NCBI RefSeq assembly: GCF_963921235.1
Contig: NC_086098.1
Coordinates: forward strand, 1,364,001 to 1,428,000
Direction: 5' to 3'
Origin: Mobula hypostoma
Taxonomy: Eukaryota
Length of the DNA stretch: 64,000 bases
The position numbers and the translations under genes are program-made. Below, piece after piece: positions 12,853-25,856 of this stretch (position 1 is its first letter; each line of letters begins with the position of its first letter). A model generated the notes under the pieces. That model made no database searches and had not been told where the DNA came from. It saw nothing but the letters and a program-made list of their open reading frames with translations.

Positions 12853-14228
12853 GTCAGGTGTCAGATCTCTCGGTGGGAGTGCATTTTGGAGATAGCGATC
12901 ACAATTCTATCTCCTCTACCATAGTATTGGGGAGAGATAGGAACAGACAAGTTAGGAAAGCGTTTTATTGGAGTAAGGGGAAATATGAGGCTATCAGGCA
13001 GGAACCTGGAAGCATAAATTGGAAACAGATCTTCTCAGGGAAACGTACAGAAGAAATGTGGCAAATGCTCAGGGGAAATTTGCGTGGAGTTCTGTATAGG
13101 TACGTTCCAATGAGAGAGGGAAAGGATGGTTGGGTACAGGAATCTTGGTGTACAAAGGCTGTTGTAAATCGAGTCAAGAAGGAAAAAAGAGCTTATGAAG
13201 GGTTCAAAATGCTAGGTAATGATAGAGATCTAGAAGATTATAAGGCAAGCAGGAAGGAGCTCAAGATAGAAATTAGGAGAGCCAGAAGGGGCCATGAGAA
13301 GGCCTTGGCAGACAGGATTAAGGAAAACCCCAAGGCATCCTACAAGTATGTGAGGAGCAAGAGGATAAGACATGAGAGAATAGGACCAATCAAGCGTGAC
13401 AATGGGAAAGTATGTATGGAACTGGAGGAGACAGTAGAGATACTTAATGAATACTTTACTTCAGTATTCACTACGGAAAAGGATCTTGGTGATTGTAGTG
13501 ATGACTTGCAGCAGACTGAAAAGCTTGAGCATGTGGATATTAAGAAAGAGGATGTGCAGGAGCTTTTGGAAAGCATCAAGTTGGATAAGTCACTGGGATT
13601 GGACGAGATGTTCCCCAGGCTACTATGGGAGGTGAGGAAGGAGATTGCTGAGCCTCTGGCGATGATCTTTGCATCATCAATGGGGACGGGAGAGATTCCA
13701 GAGATTTGGAGGATTGCGAATGTTGTTCCATTATTCAAGAAAGGGAATAGAGGATATTATAGACCAGTGAGTCTTACTTCAGTAGTTGGTAAGTTGATGG
13801 AGAAGATCATGAGAGGCAGGATTTATGAACATTTGGAGAGACATAATGTTATTAGGAATAGTCAGCATGGCTTTGTCATGTAGGTAGTGCCTTATGAGCC
13901 TGAATGGGTTTTTTAAGGATGTGACTAAACACATTGATGAAGATAGAGCAGTAGATGTAGTGTATATGGATTTCAGTAAGACATTTGAGAAGGTACCCAA
14001 TGCAAGGCTTATTGAGGAAGTAAGGAGGCATGGGATCCAAGGGGACATTGCTTTGTGGATCCAGAACTGGCTTGCCCACAGAAGGCAAAGAGTGGTTGTA
14101 GACGGGTCATTTTCTGCATGGAGGTCAGTGACCAGTGGTGTACCTCAGGGATCTGTTCTGGGACCCCTTCTTTTCGTGATTTTTATAAATGACCTGGATG
14201 AGGGAGTGGAGGGATGAGTTAGTAATTG
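12853..14228 (+). mobile_element. CR1 ORF2 internal fragment (APE end to RT)
   Basis: ORFs 12858-13883 (GDSDH, YRPVSLTSVVGK, QHGF) and 13894-14217 ([14 protein letters not shown]). Confidence 0.92.
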
Positions 14229-14229
14229 T

Positions 14230-14425
14230 GGCTGTGCAAGTGCATATGTTCATTTATATGTGAGTGTGTGTGAAAGAGTGTGTGAGTGCCATGTGTGTTC
14301 AAGCAAGTGTGTAGGGTGTGAGTAAATATGCCCTTGAGTGTGAGAGTGTGAGTATGCATGTGTTAGAATGTGTTGTGTTCATGCAAGTGTGAGAATATGT
14401 ATCTGTGAGTGTGAGTATGTGTATG
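14230..14425. repeat. TG-rich low-complexity sequence (also 14839-15106)
   Basis: Degenerate (TG)n/(TGAG)n. Confidence 0.85.
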
Positions 14426-14838
14426 TGCACAAACTGTCCTGAACTTGCAGGGCTTTAACTCAAATGTCCATGCCACAATTTCCCGGACGATTCCGATTCC
14501 AAACAATCGACCACTTCCAAAACACCGAACGTCGTTACCTTTACCCAGTCTTTTGGGTTCTCATAAGGTATTCACTCTCCAGTGCTAGATTGTAAAGGTA
14601 AAACAAAGGTGCAACAAACAAAAACTGGCAGCGGTTGGTGAAACTGCTGGCAACAACGTGTTTGCACCTTAAAATAGAAAGTAAAACTGCGCTACACTTT
14701 GGCGGGCTTCCTTAAATACTGTAGGGAACATGCCATCACGTGACATAACATCACCCCACGGTCATGAGACAATTACATCATCCCACTCACAAGACCATTA
14801 CATCATCCCACTGTCCCATGATACGTGGGCATGTAACA
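14426..14838 (-). mobile_element. Partial uninterrupted copy of the Gmr1-like LTR
   Basis: Aligns with 23544-23626 + 33744-33885 + 35173-35368; terminus GTAACA (TGTTAC on minus). Confidence 0.85.
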
Positions 14839-15106
14839 GTATTTTTGAGTGGGTGTGAGAATTTGTGTGTGTGGGTTTGTGTGAGATTGCCATGTATATT
14901 CACGCATGTGTGTGTGAGTAAGTGTGTTTGTGAGTGTGTGATCGTGAGCATGTATGTGTGAGAGTGCCTTTTGTTCATGCAGGTGTATGTGAGCATGTGT
15001 GCCTGTGAGTGTGTGTGGGAGCAACTGTGAGCGTTGCTGTGAGTGAGTTTGTGCATGTGTATGTACGTCTGTGACTGTGTGCGTGTTAGTATGAATGTGT
15101 ATTTGT

Positions 15107-15517
15107 GTGTAGTCATCATTGACAATTGTGCCCGCCCTGACTTCCCACATACTGCAAACAGAGCACTTGACTGCCCTAACTGCTGCCTCCATTACTTACT
15201 TCTAAGTTAATTAGATTAATTAAAGGAACATGCCCGGCCTTACCTCACTGGGAGCAAGCTCGTCCTCAGCCTCTGCCAGCCGAAGCTTCTCGAGCCAAAG
15301 CCTTCCTACTCTGTCTCCCACTACTCCATTGCCTGCTCCGTTAATCTGTTCGCTTTTTAAAATCTCCTGATGTCTCACAGGCCGACCTTCAGATGCTCGC
15401 GCAGTCGTGCCCTGTTCAAACTGCCGAAGAAATGATACCAAAGTCAATCACTTCCAAAACACCAAACGTCATTACCTTTACCCAATCTTTTGGGTTCTCG
15501 TAATTTGGTAAGGAATT
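15107..15517 (-). mobile_element. Duplicated CR1 5' end/LTR junction (paralog of 33405-33815)
   Basis: Colinear high similarity, including CR1 ORF1 start (VKCSVCSMWEV) and the LTR junction. Confidence 0.88.
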
Positions 15518-15549
15518 ATCATCTCTTGTTTTGGCTTTACAACATTTTA

Positions 15550-15772
15550 GATTAGATTAGATTATGAGGACACTCAGTCCTCATTTATTGTCATTTAGAA
15601 ATGCATGCATGCATTAAGAAATGATAAAATGTTCCTCCAGAGTGATATCACAAAAAAACAAGACAAACCAAAGACTAACACTGACAAGATCACATAATTA
15701 TAACATATAGTTACAGCAGTGCAAAGCAATACCATAATTTGATAAAGAACAGACCATGGGAATGGTAAAAAA
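15550..15772 (-). mobile_element. LINE 3' end, probably Rex/Babar-like
   Basis: (AGATT)n tail followed by TTTATTG (AATAAA on minus). Confidence 0.55.
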
Positions 15773-16119
15773 AATGATAGATGTATACAAGATATTAAGA
15801 GGAATAGATAGAGTGGATAACCAGCGCCTCTTCCCCAGGGCACCACTGCTCAATACAAGAGGACATGGCTTTAAGGTAAGGGGTGGAAAGTTCAGGGGGA
15901 TATTCGAGGAAGGTTTTTTATTCAGAGAGTGGTTGGTGCGTGGAATGCACTGCCTGAGTCAGTGGTGGAGGCAGATACACTAGTGAAATTTAAGAGACTA
16001 CCAGACAGGTATATGAAGGAATTTAAGGTGGGGGGTTATATGGGAGGCAGGGTTTGAGGGTCGGCACAACATTGTGGGCCGAAGGGCCTGTACTGTGCTG
16101 TACTATTCTATGTTCTATG
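15773..16119 (+). mobile_element. CR1 3' end, same subfamily as 23627-23970
   Basis: MIDVYKILRGIDRVD...TRGHGFK; tail TTCTATGTTCTATG. Confidence 0.9.
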
Positions 16120-17453
16120 TATTGAATAGCAGACCCATCCTGCACAGACCCATCCGCATCAGCAATCTTCTTGGCCATAGCTCAGGATACAACACAGGAG
16201 GAATCCATGTTAGAATCTATCTTTGATTCATCAGAGATGGGCTTAGTTGTCAAATGCACTTCAGGAGAAACTTGTTCATCTGCTAGGTCATTCCCGAACA
16301 ATAAAGAAACATCGCTCATGGGTAAACTGGGTTGTAGTCCTACTTTAAAGGACTGGGTTGTAGGCCCTGAAACTAACCGTGACCTTAAATTTACTCTATG
16401 CAGATGTACAGGCATAAGGGCACTCCCAACACCTCATATATAGCTTACCTCCCCAGTGTCAGATTCACCACTAAATCATAGAACACTGTTTAACATAAGT
16501 GACTGAGAAGCCCCAGTATCCCTAAGAATTTTTATTGGCACTTGATTGGACCCCTCTTTCAAAGATACAAATCCCTCAGTTATAAAATGATCATATCCCC
16601 TCTTAACTTGGTCAGACCCCGACAAAGCTTCATTTGAATTTCTCGAACTCTGTGGATTTACAGGTGTTTCAGTATGTTACACGTAGGCATCTGGGACTGC
16701 CTCCTTCTCCTCCTTCTTTAGTGGGAAACAGTTAGCTATTATGTGACCAGGTTTCCTGCAATAATTACAAATAGGACCAAAAGGGCTTTCCTTCACTTGT
16801 TTCCCTTCCTCCTTACCTTTCTCACTAACTTCTGATTTACCCTAATGCGAGCAACTGTCTCAAACTGCTGGAAGTATTTATCAACTTCTGCCTTGTTAAA
16901 TGGAGGAGCCAATTTAACTTCCTGTCTAGCAACAAACGGTTTCGTAGAACCAGAAGACTGATTCTCAGACCATAACCTCGCTATTGCTGGCTCAAATTCC
17001 CTCTTTTTATCTGCTTCTCTAGCTTCGAATTCCCTCTGTTTATTTGCTACTCTTTCCACCACCTTTGCTTTAAATTGCTCTAACTTTATTTGTTCTATTT
17101 GTAATTGCATCTCTAGTTTACTTATTGGAAACTTATCTAACACTTCTTCATCGAACAACTTTGCACCGATATAGTATTCAACTATTTTTCTCTGAATCAT
17201 AGACTTTGTCCCAGCCAGCGATATCCCTGTAAGCTGCAGTGTTTTAGAAATTTCCATCAACTCACCCTTTTTCGCTTTCTCTAATATCGTCGGGTCTGGC
17301 GATGCCAGAATGTCGTCAATATTCATTGCTGCCGAATACCACCCACCGACCAATCAAACAAAAGAATCGGGTATTCCCCTTTTCCAATCATATTGATAAT
17401 TAAACAAGCAATTAAGCTCAAAATTGGAACAGATCAAGATCAGCCCCCAATTT
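16120..17453 (-). mobile_element. Gypsy (Gmr1-like) internal fragment: PBS, gag, CCHC knuckle, protease
   Basis: ORF 16793-17353 with PPFNKAEVDKYFQQFETVA; CNYCRKPGHIIANC at ~16728-16770; ILRDTGASQSL at ~16497-16530; tRNA-Pro-like PBS TGGGGGCT at ~17442-17449. Confidence 0.85.
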
Positions 17454-17736
17454 TCTCACGTGTCCAGCAACAATGGATATGAAATTGAGTCAGGTTTTAT
17501 AAACAAACAACAATATTTATTAACCTCTACTCAAAACATAGAAAAGTAAACAAACTAGCTTAACCAGAAGTTAACCATTATGCAGCTATCGTGAACAAAT
17601 AGTCAAACTTAGAAATAGTTCTTGGAACTTCCGGTGAGGCACGAGGCAAGATGGCAGCACAGCACTAAGCGCTGACATATAACCCTCCTTTTTCAAGTTC
17701 TTTAGGGCTCATAGATGGTCTTAATACAAGGTTGAG

Positions 17737-18677
17737 TTGGAGAAAGATCTAACTAAAGACATGACTTCAAAAAAAGATCCAAATTCAACCAGGAAACAAG
17801 ATACCAGCAGACAGAAAGCTAGCAATTCATCCAAGGAGATAGCTATGCTAATTAAGCAAACAATGGCAATGGAGATGGAATCGCTGCAAGAAACAGTAGC
17901 CCACATGCTAAAGGAATCACTGGAAAAGGCTCTCGACCCTATACAGAAGCATATGGCAGAGAATGGCAATATTCTCCGGTCATTAAAGGAGCAAACGGAC
18001 ATTCACGCAAAAAAATTTAGCACAGTCTTCAATAAAATAGACAACATTCAGGTTTGCTTACGCAAGAATGAGAAAATTACTAAATCCTGTCTCACGGAGG
18101 TGACTAAGATATGGAAGAAGTTAAACCACTTGGAGGACAGATCCAGGAGAAACAATGTGCGGCTGGTCAACTTACCAACAGGCACTGAGGGCGACGATCC
18201 AAGAGGTTACCTCCAGAAGATGCTGCCTAATTGGATTCCAGCACTCAAGAATTCCCACAGCACTCCACTGGAGATCGATAGAGCACATAGGATCTTTTCC
18301 AACAACACCTCAAGACGGCGGACCATATTTTTAGGTGTCTATGGTACACCGACCGGCAGGCTATGCTGGAGGGCATGAGGAAAGCCAAACCTACTCTCCC
18401 TGATGGCACCCAGCTACAGTTCTTCGCCGACTACAGCCCCGGCATGATGCAGGGACGGCAGGGATACAAGGAGATCCGCGCTAAGCTTCGACAGAAGGGG
18501 ATCGACTCGTTCCTCATATACCTGGCAATCTTGAGAGTGAATATCAAGGGCATGAAGATGTCATTTAACTCGGCAGAAGAAGCGAAAGAAGCTCTGAAAT
18601 CATTGGTGCTGGGAGATATGGAAGAAGACCCTGGGCAAAGTCCACATGCCCCTTGGGAGGAGATGGAACTGCATTAA
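17737..18677 (+). pseudogene. L1 ORF1p (coiled-coil/RRM/CTD), frameshifted
   Basis: LEDRSRRNNVRLVNLP, EIDRAHR, FFADYS in ORFs 17737-18378 and 18363-18677. Confidence 0.88.
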
Positions 18678-19333
18678 GAGCTCGGACCAGCCTGTATGTG
18701 CAATCTAATAGGCACGGGCAAGTTAACATCCTAGGTGTGAAGTTTTCTGGTTTTCTTTTATTGGAAAGTCATTCGTTGTACCTTTGTATATAGTTAATTA
18801 ACGGGCCAATTTGTTTCTGACTATTGCAGGTCAGAGTTTTAAGGTGATATTCAATATACCCAAATGTAATACTTCATCAAGAATGAAGCTGAAAAACAGC
18901 AGTTTGCTCTGAATAACTTTGGAACGTTATGTCTCCAGTAGACTTGTTTACGTTCCTGGGCACCAGATAAGATGTCATTGGCGCCATCGCTAAGCAATGG
19001 TATCTTGCAAGATAGCTGTTGTGGTTTTGATTTTGTGTTATACTATATCTGAAATGGAAACGGTTTTAATTATATAGGTTAACGGGATTGTCCAGGTTTC
19101 TTTTTTCTTGTCTCTTTGATATGATTGTCTATGAGAACTGCTTTGCCTTTCTAATTTGTTGGTGCTAGAGGGGGGCGGTTGATGTCAGTGTTCAGTGTCT
19201 GACATTGCTAAGTGACACTCACAGATGTTACAAAGCAAAGGGTTGAATGGGAGGGGGGTGGAAGGGATTGGGAGGGTGGGAAGGAGGTAACTCAGGGCTC
19301 CACCACCAACTTACAACAACAGATCCAGGTGAA

Positions 19334-22300
19334 GATGAGCAACCAAGATAAGTTAGAAAATCTTACTATTGTATCATTTAATGTTAGAGGATTAAACTCT
19401 CCCTACAAGTGTTCAAAGGTTTTAGATTTCTTACGCAGAAAGAAAATAGATATTGTGCTGTTACAGGAAACACATCTTAAACCTAATCACATTCCCAGGG
19501 TTCAAAACCGCTTTTATAAACCTGTTGTGGCATCAGCTGATGGTACTCATACGAAAGGAGTTATATTAATGAGACGTAATATTAATGTATCAATTGAAAG
19601 GACTGGCGCCGACAATAAAGGACATCTAGCTTTTTGCTGCACATCCATTCAGGGTAAAAAGGTTGCATTCATTAGCCTATATGCCCCAACTATATTCGAG
19701 GTTGAATTTTTTCCCTCAATTACCTCACAATTACTGAAGTTAAGTGACTACCAACTATATGTTGGTTCGGACATGAATGCTTTAGTAAACATTAACCTCG
19801 ATACATCTTCCTCAACTATATCAAGCTCTCAAGAATCTGCTTCCCAATGCACTTAACCTTTTTCTAACGGATTTAAATTTATCTGATGTGTGGAGGGTGC
19901 ATAATCCATCTGCTAAAGACTATAGTATCTTCACCACAAGACATAAAACTTTCTCTCGGATAGATTACATTCTTATATCCTCCGGTCTGCTGCCTTTAGC
20001 ACACTCAATAGAATTTTTGCCTAGATATCTATCTGATCACAACCCAGTCATATCTAATTTTAATTATGGCAAAATTAAAAATAAGGCTACTAGGTGGAGG
20101 TTTAACTCCACCCTTCTAAAAAACGACGAATTTCTATCACAACTGAGAGCAAAACTGACAGAATGTATAAGTTTAAATAAAAATAGTGTCTCAGATGTGA
20201 CAGTGATTTGGGCCTCCATCAAGGGTTTCTTACGAAATAACGCTATATGGTTCAGTTCTTATCTACATAAAAGCCGGCTTCAAAAGATTTCCAATCCGAA
20301 GAAGAATGTAAGGTTTTGGAGAATGATCTCAAAAGGAGATACACCATAACAAAAGAAAACGAGCTGAAAACAAAACAAGCAGAATTAAATGATTTATTAA
20401 GAAGCTGGGCAGAATATATGATCCATATAACCAAACATAAGTATTACGCAGAAGGCAGCAGGCCGAGCCATCTTTTAGCTCTAACGCTCAAACAACAGGA
20501 AGCTAGAAGGTCTATACCAGCGATTAGATGGGCTAAACGTGGAGCAGTACCTTCAACAGAGGAAATAAACGAGACATTCAAGAATTACTTTAAAGAATTG
20601 TATACGAGTGGTTCAGTTCCTTCTGAGAATGACTTCACAGATTTTTTTAGTGGATTAGACCTCCCTACATTGTCATTAGAGGACACCAAAACTCTAGACC
20701 CCCCTATTACACTGGATGAGCTACTCAAAGCAGTCAAAGCTACAAATAAGGGCCGTATGCCAGATATAGATGGCATACCTGTGGAATTTTACCTAGCACT
20801 TTGGGATATTCTTGGACCAGTATGGTTGGAAACATTAAATTATGCTTTTGGAAATGGTGCTTTCCATAGAGATCTAAGCACAGCCCTGATCACAGTTATA
20901 CCTAAGCCCGCTAAGGACCCCTTGAGGTGTGTCAATTACCATACAATCTCCTTGATAAATGCCGACCTCAAGATATTTTCCAAAGCCTTAGCCAAAGACT
21001 TGAGACAGTAGTTGGGAAAATAATTAGCCCAGAACAAACGGGCTTTATCAGGGGGCGTCTCGCATCTGATAATATTTGCCGGCTCTTACACATACTGGGT
21101 GCAACACATAAAATCCCACCTGCCTGTGGCCTGCTATTTCTAGATGCTGAAAAAGCGTTCCATCGCCTTGAATGGCCATATCTTTGGAGAGTTCTAAAAG
21201 AATTTAAGTTCGGCGATAAATTTATCAATATGATTCAAACACTGTATGCTAATCCTTCAGCCCAGGTATGTGTGGGAGGAGGTTTCTCAGAGTTATTTGA
21301 CATTGGACGGGGCACACGACAAGGGCACCCTTTGTCTCCTTTAATTTTTAATATATCTATTGAACCGCTTGCACATTTAATTAGAAACTCTCCTCAGATC
21401 TCCCCTATTACAATAGGTACAACATCGCATTCAATATCACTTTACGCGGACGACACACTAGTTTATATGGCAAATGTTCGACAAACTCTCCCCTATGTTT
21501 TAAAAACACTGGAACAATTTGGATTTCTTTCAGGATACAAAGTTAATTTGTCATAATCAGCACTGATGCTGATTAATACGGATAAAAGTAAGGTGTCTCT
21601 CCCTCCCCAGATTAAGGTTACAAATGAAGTCCTCTACTTGGGTATTAAAGTTAATACTTCCTCATCATCTGTGGCTAAAACAAATTACTCTTTAATTTTG
21701 AAAAGAACAGAAGAAGATATTAATAGATGGAGACACCTGCCAGCATCAGTCCCAGCCCATATATCGGTCATTAAAATGAATATCTTACCCCGCATTAATT
21801 TTATCAGCTCAATGATCCCACTTGCACCTCCAGCAGGATATTGGCAAAAACTGGACTCCTTACTATGATGCTATGTTTGGAATGGTAAACGACCCAATAT
21901 AAAATGGTTAGCTCTACAATTCAGAAAGTCGAATGGGGGATTGGCATGTCCAAATTTTAAACTCTATCACTGGGCATTTGTATTAAAAAGTCTAAGCTAA
22001 TGGACAGAGGAGGATAAAGTTTCATCCTGGAAAAATATAGAACAAGAGCTAATAGCACCAATAAGGTTGAAGGACTTTCTCCTTATAGGTATGTCTACCA
22101 AAACATACGATTTGTATTACGGTCCAATTTTAACCCATATACTACAAGTGTTTAGAGCAGCAGAAAATTTCCTAAAATTTAAAAGCATATGGTGCAAATC
22201 GTCTCCATTATGGAACAATGATCATTTTCTATCTGGGGGGAAACCATTCATTAACAGAACATGGGAGGATAAAGGTATTACTACTCTTCAAGATATTAAT

Positions 22301-23118
22301 GGGGCACGTACTATCCTTAGCTTTCAAGAACTGATATCTCGATATAATATTGATAAACATTCTCTTTTCTTCTACTTTTGAGTAAGATCAGCTTGTCAGG
22401 CCTACGGCGTTCCCTGGGGGGGTCAGATTTAAAGGACCATCCCATTTTAAGTTTGATACAGAGTGCTCTAGGACAGATAGTGTTATATATCTATGATAAA
22501 TTAAACTCCCAGAAATATATGCCCACATCGGGAATGAAAGCTTGGGATAGGGACATATCTGAATTGGGACAAGACTTAGACTGGGATGCGATTTGGGATA
22601 ATGCTGCCGGTGCTTCGAAAAACCCAAATCATCGGTATATACTCTTAAAATTTTGTCATAGAGCATATCTAACACGAGAATTAGACATCAAATGGGACTG
22701 GTTCCTGACCCTTATTGCTCATTTTGCCCCCATGGAGCCATTTGCTCTTTTATACATGTTGTATGGGAATGTCCAGGGGTTTTTGGTTTGTGGGGGAAGG
22801 TTATCAGTACTCTTACAGAACTAACAGGGGTACAATTACCAATGGACCCCGCTGTACATCTTCTAAATGATGACTCCCACCTTTCCCTTACGGAAAAAAC
22901 ACGCAAAAATCTGGCTGGCAGGCCTGACTGCAGCTAAGAAGATTGTAGTCCAGCGTTGGAAACCTCCCCATGATATTTCAAATACTCACTGGTTTCGGAG
23001 CTTTTTGGATATTTCTTACCTGGAACTTTCATCAGCAAGAGTAAATGATGCACGACCAAACACAATCATAATGTGGACAAATATGATATCTAACTTAAAA
23101 GATTTTTTGTTAAAATAG
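19334..23118 (+). pseudogene. L1 ORF2p (APE, RT, Cys-rich), multiple frameshifts
   Basis: SFNVRGLN, LQETH, SRIDY, SDH, LDAEKAF, RQGHPLSP, YADD, CSFC...H...WEC. Confidence 0.92.
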
Positions 23119-25614
23119 GAATGCTTTGTCTGTGTATGTACTACTATTCAGTTGGTTGGTGGAGGGGAAAGGGATGGGGGGCAGAGAGGGATGGGGGGAG
23201 AGAGGGGTGCAGGGGGGATGGTGATGAAGGTTGGGGGGGTGCCTGGGTCAGACAGTCAAAATGTAACTGGCAATTAGTTGTATTGAATATAATTTGTTGG
23301 TGTTGCAATAAAAAAATTAATAATAAAAGAAGTAGTTCTTAACGAGTTCTTAATCAAGCACAGTCTTAAAGTAGTAAGTTGAAAAGTTCAAGAGATTTTT
23401 ACAGTCTTTAAGGACAGACTTTACTGCAGCAACAATTCCTCTGAAGAAAATGACGAATCTGCCGATCACAGTCGAGTGATGTCTTGTTGAAGCAATCACG
23501 AAGAAATAAAGAAACTGACCTTTTCTCTCAGGAGGATGGACACTGCACAAACCGTCCTGACCTTGCAGGGGTTTAACTCAAACGTGCATGCCACAATTTC
23601 ACGGACGATTCCGATTCCAAACAGTCATAGAACATAGAATATTACAGCACACTAAAGGCCCTTCGGCCCACAATGTTGTGCCGACCCTTAAACCCTACCT
23701 CCCATATAACCCCCCACCTCAAATTCCTCCATATACCTGTCTAATAGTCTCTTAAATTTCACTAGTGTATCTGCCTCCACCACTAACTCAGGCAGGGCAT
23801 GCCACACACCAGCCACTCTCTGAGTGAAAAACCTTCCTCTAATATCCCCCTTGAACTTCCCACCCCTTACCTTAAAGCCATGTCCTCTTGTATTGAGCAG
23901 TGGTGCCCTGGGGAAGAGGCGCTGGCTGTCCACTCTGTCTATTCCTCTTAATATCTTGTACACCTCTATCATGTCTCCTCTCATCCTCCTTCTCTCCAAA
24001 GAGTAAAGCTCTAGCTCCTTTAATCTCTGATCATAATCCATACTCTCTAAACCAGGCAGCATCCTAGTAAATCTCCTCTGTACCCTTTCCAATGCTTCCA
24101 AATCCTTCCTATAGTGAGGCGACCAGAACTGGTCACAGCACTCCAGGTGTGGCCGAACCAGAGTTTTATAGAGCTGCATCATTACCTTGCAACACTTAAA
24201 CTCTATCCCTCGACTTATGAAAGCTAACCCTTTCATAAGCTTTCTTAACTACCCTATCTACCTGTGAGGCAATTTTCAGGGATCTGTGGACATGTACCCC
24301 GAGATCCCTCTGCTCCTCCACACTGCCAAGTATCCTGACATTTACTTTGTACTCCGTCTTGGAGTTTGTCCTTCCAAAGTGTACCACCTCACACTTCTCC
24401 GGGTTGAACTCCATCTGCCACTTCTCAGCCCACTTCTGCATCCTATCAATGTCTCTCTGCAATCTGCGACAATCCTCTACACTATCCACAGCACCACCAA
24501 CCTTTGTGTCATCTGCAAACTTGCCAACTCACCCTTCTACCCCCACATCCAGGTCTTTAATAAAAATCACGAAAAGTAGAGATCCCAGAACCGATCCTTG
24601 TGGGACACCATGAGTCACAACCCTCCAATCTGAATGTACTCCCTCCACCACCACCCTCTGCCTTCTGCAGGCAAGCTAATTCTGATTCCACCTGGCCAAA
24701 CTTCCCTGGATCCCATGCCTTCTGGCATTCTGGATATGCCTACCGTGTAGAACCTTGTCAAATGCCTTACTAAAATCCATATAGATCACATTCACTGCAC
24801 TACCCTCATCTATATGCCTGGTCACCTCCTCAAAGAACTCTATCAGGCTTGTTAGACACAATCTGCCCTTCACAAAGCCATGCTGACTGTCCCTGACCAA
24901 ACCATGATTCTCTAAATGCCCAGAGATCCTATCTCTAAGAATTTTTTCCAACAGCTTTCCCACCACAGACGTAAGGCTCACTGGTCTATAATTACTCGAA
25001 CTATCCTTACTACATTTTTTGAACAAGGGGACAACATTCGCCTCCCTCCAATCCTCCGGTACCATTCCCATGACAACGAGGACATAAACATCCTAGCCAG
25101 AGGCTCAGCAATCTCTTCCCTCGCCTCATGGAGCAGCCTCGGGAATATTCCGTCAGGCCCCGGGGACTTATCTGTCCTATGTATTTTAACAACTCCAACA
25201 CCTCCTCTCCCTTAATATCAACATGCTCCAGAATATCAGCCTCACTCATATTGTCCTCACCATCATCATTGGTGAATACCGAAGAGAAGTATTCATTGAG
25301 GACCTCGCTCACTTCCATAGCCTCCAGGCACATCTTCCCACCCTTATCTCTAATCGGTCCTATCTTCACTCCTGTCATCTTTTTGTTCTTCACATAATTG
25401 AAGAATGCCTTGGGGTTTTCCTTTACCCGACATGCCAAGGCCTTCTCTTTCTTTTAAATCTTTTTATTGAATAAGTATACAAAAGGGTAAGCCACATAGG
25501 CACTAATACACTGTTAGAATATAATAAAATTACAGGAGATATTAATACAGAAAAAAAGTGATACAAACAATGTAATTTAAACATAACATACTAAGGTAAC
25601 ATAATAGTATACTA

Positions 25615-25620
<6 letters not shown>

Positions 25621-25654
<34 letters not shown>
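25621..25654. repeat. (AT)17 microsatellite in L1 3' UTR
   Basis: Seen directly. Confidence 0.95.
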
Positions 25655-25656
<2 letters not shown>

Positions 25657-25856
25657 ATAGAGAAAAGGAAAAAAAAAACCCCAAAAAAACCCACGGTGCA
25701 ACTAAACTAAAAGCAAAGCAAAGCAATGGGCTAACTTGGAACCAAATAGAGTTAAAGAACTTAAAATCACATCCTCAAACCCGACCTCCATTAAAAACAG
25801 TAAAAAAAAACAAGAAGGGTATATAAATATGGAGCAAAAAAGAGAAGAAAAAAAAA

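Larger units (their letters stand above)
17624..23327 (+). mobile_element. Full-length L1-clade LINE, disrupted
   Basis: 13-bp TSD AGAAATAGTTCTT (17611-17623) / AGAAGTAGTTCTT (23328-23340); TT|AGAA target; ORF1, spacer, ORF2, G-rich 3' UTR, AATAAA and A-rich tail. Confidence 0.93.

Noticed and set aside
14426..14838. 3' LTR of the Gmr1-like element
   Set aside because: No adjacent polypurine tract, and it shares the same TG flank as the 5' LTR, so it is a locus duplicate
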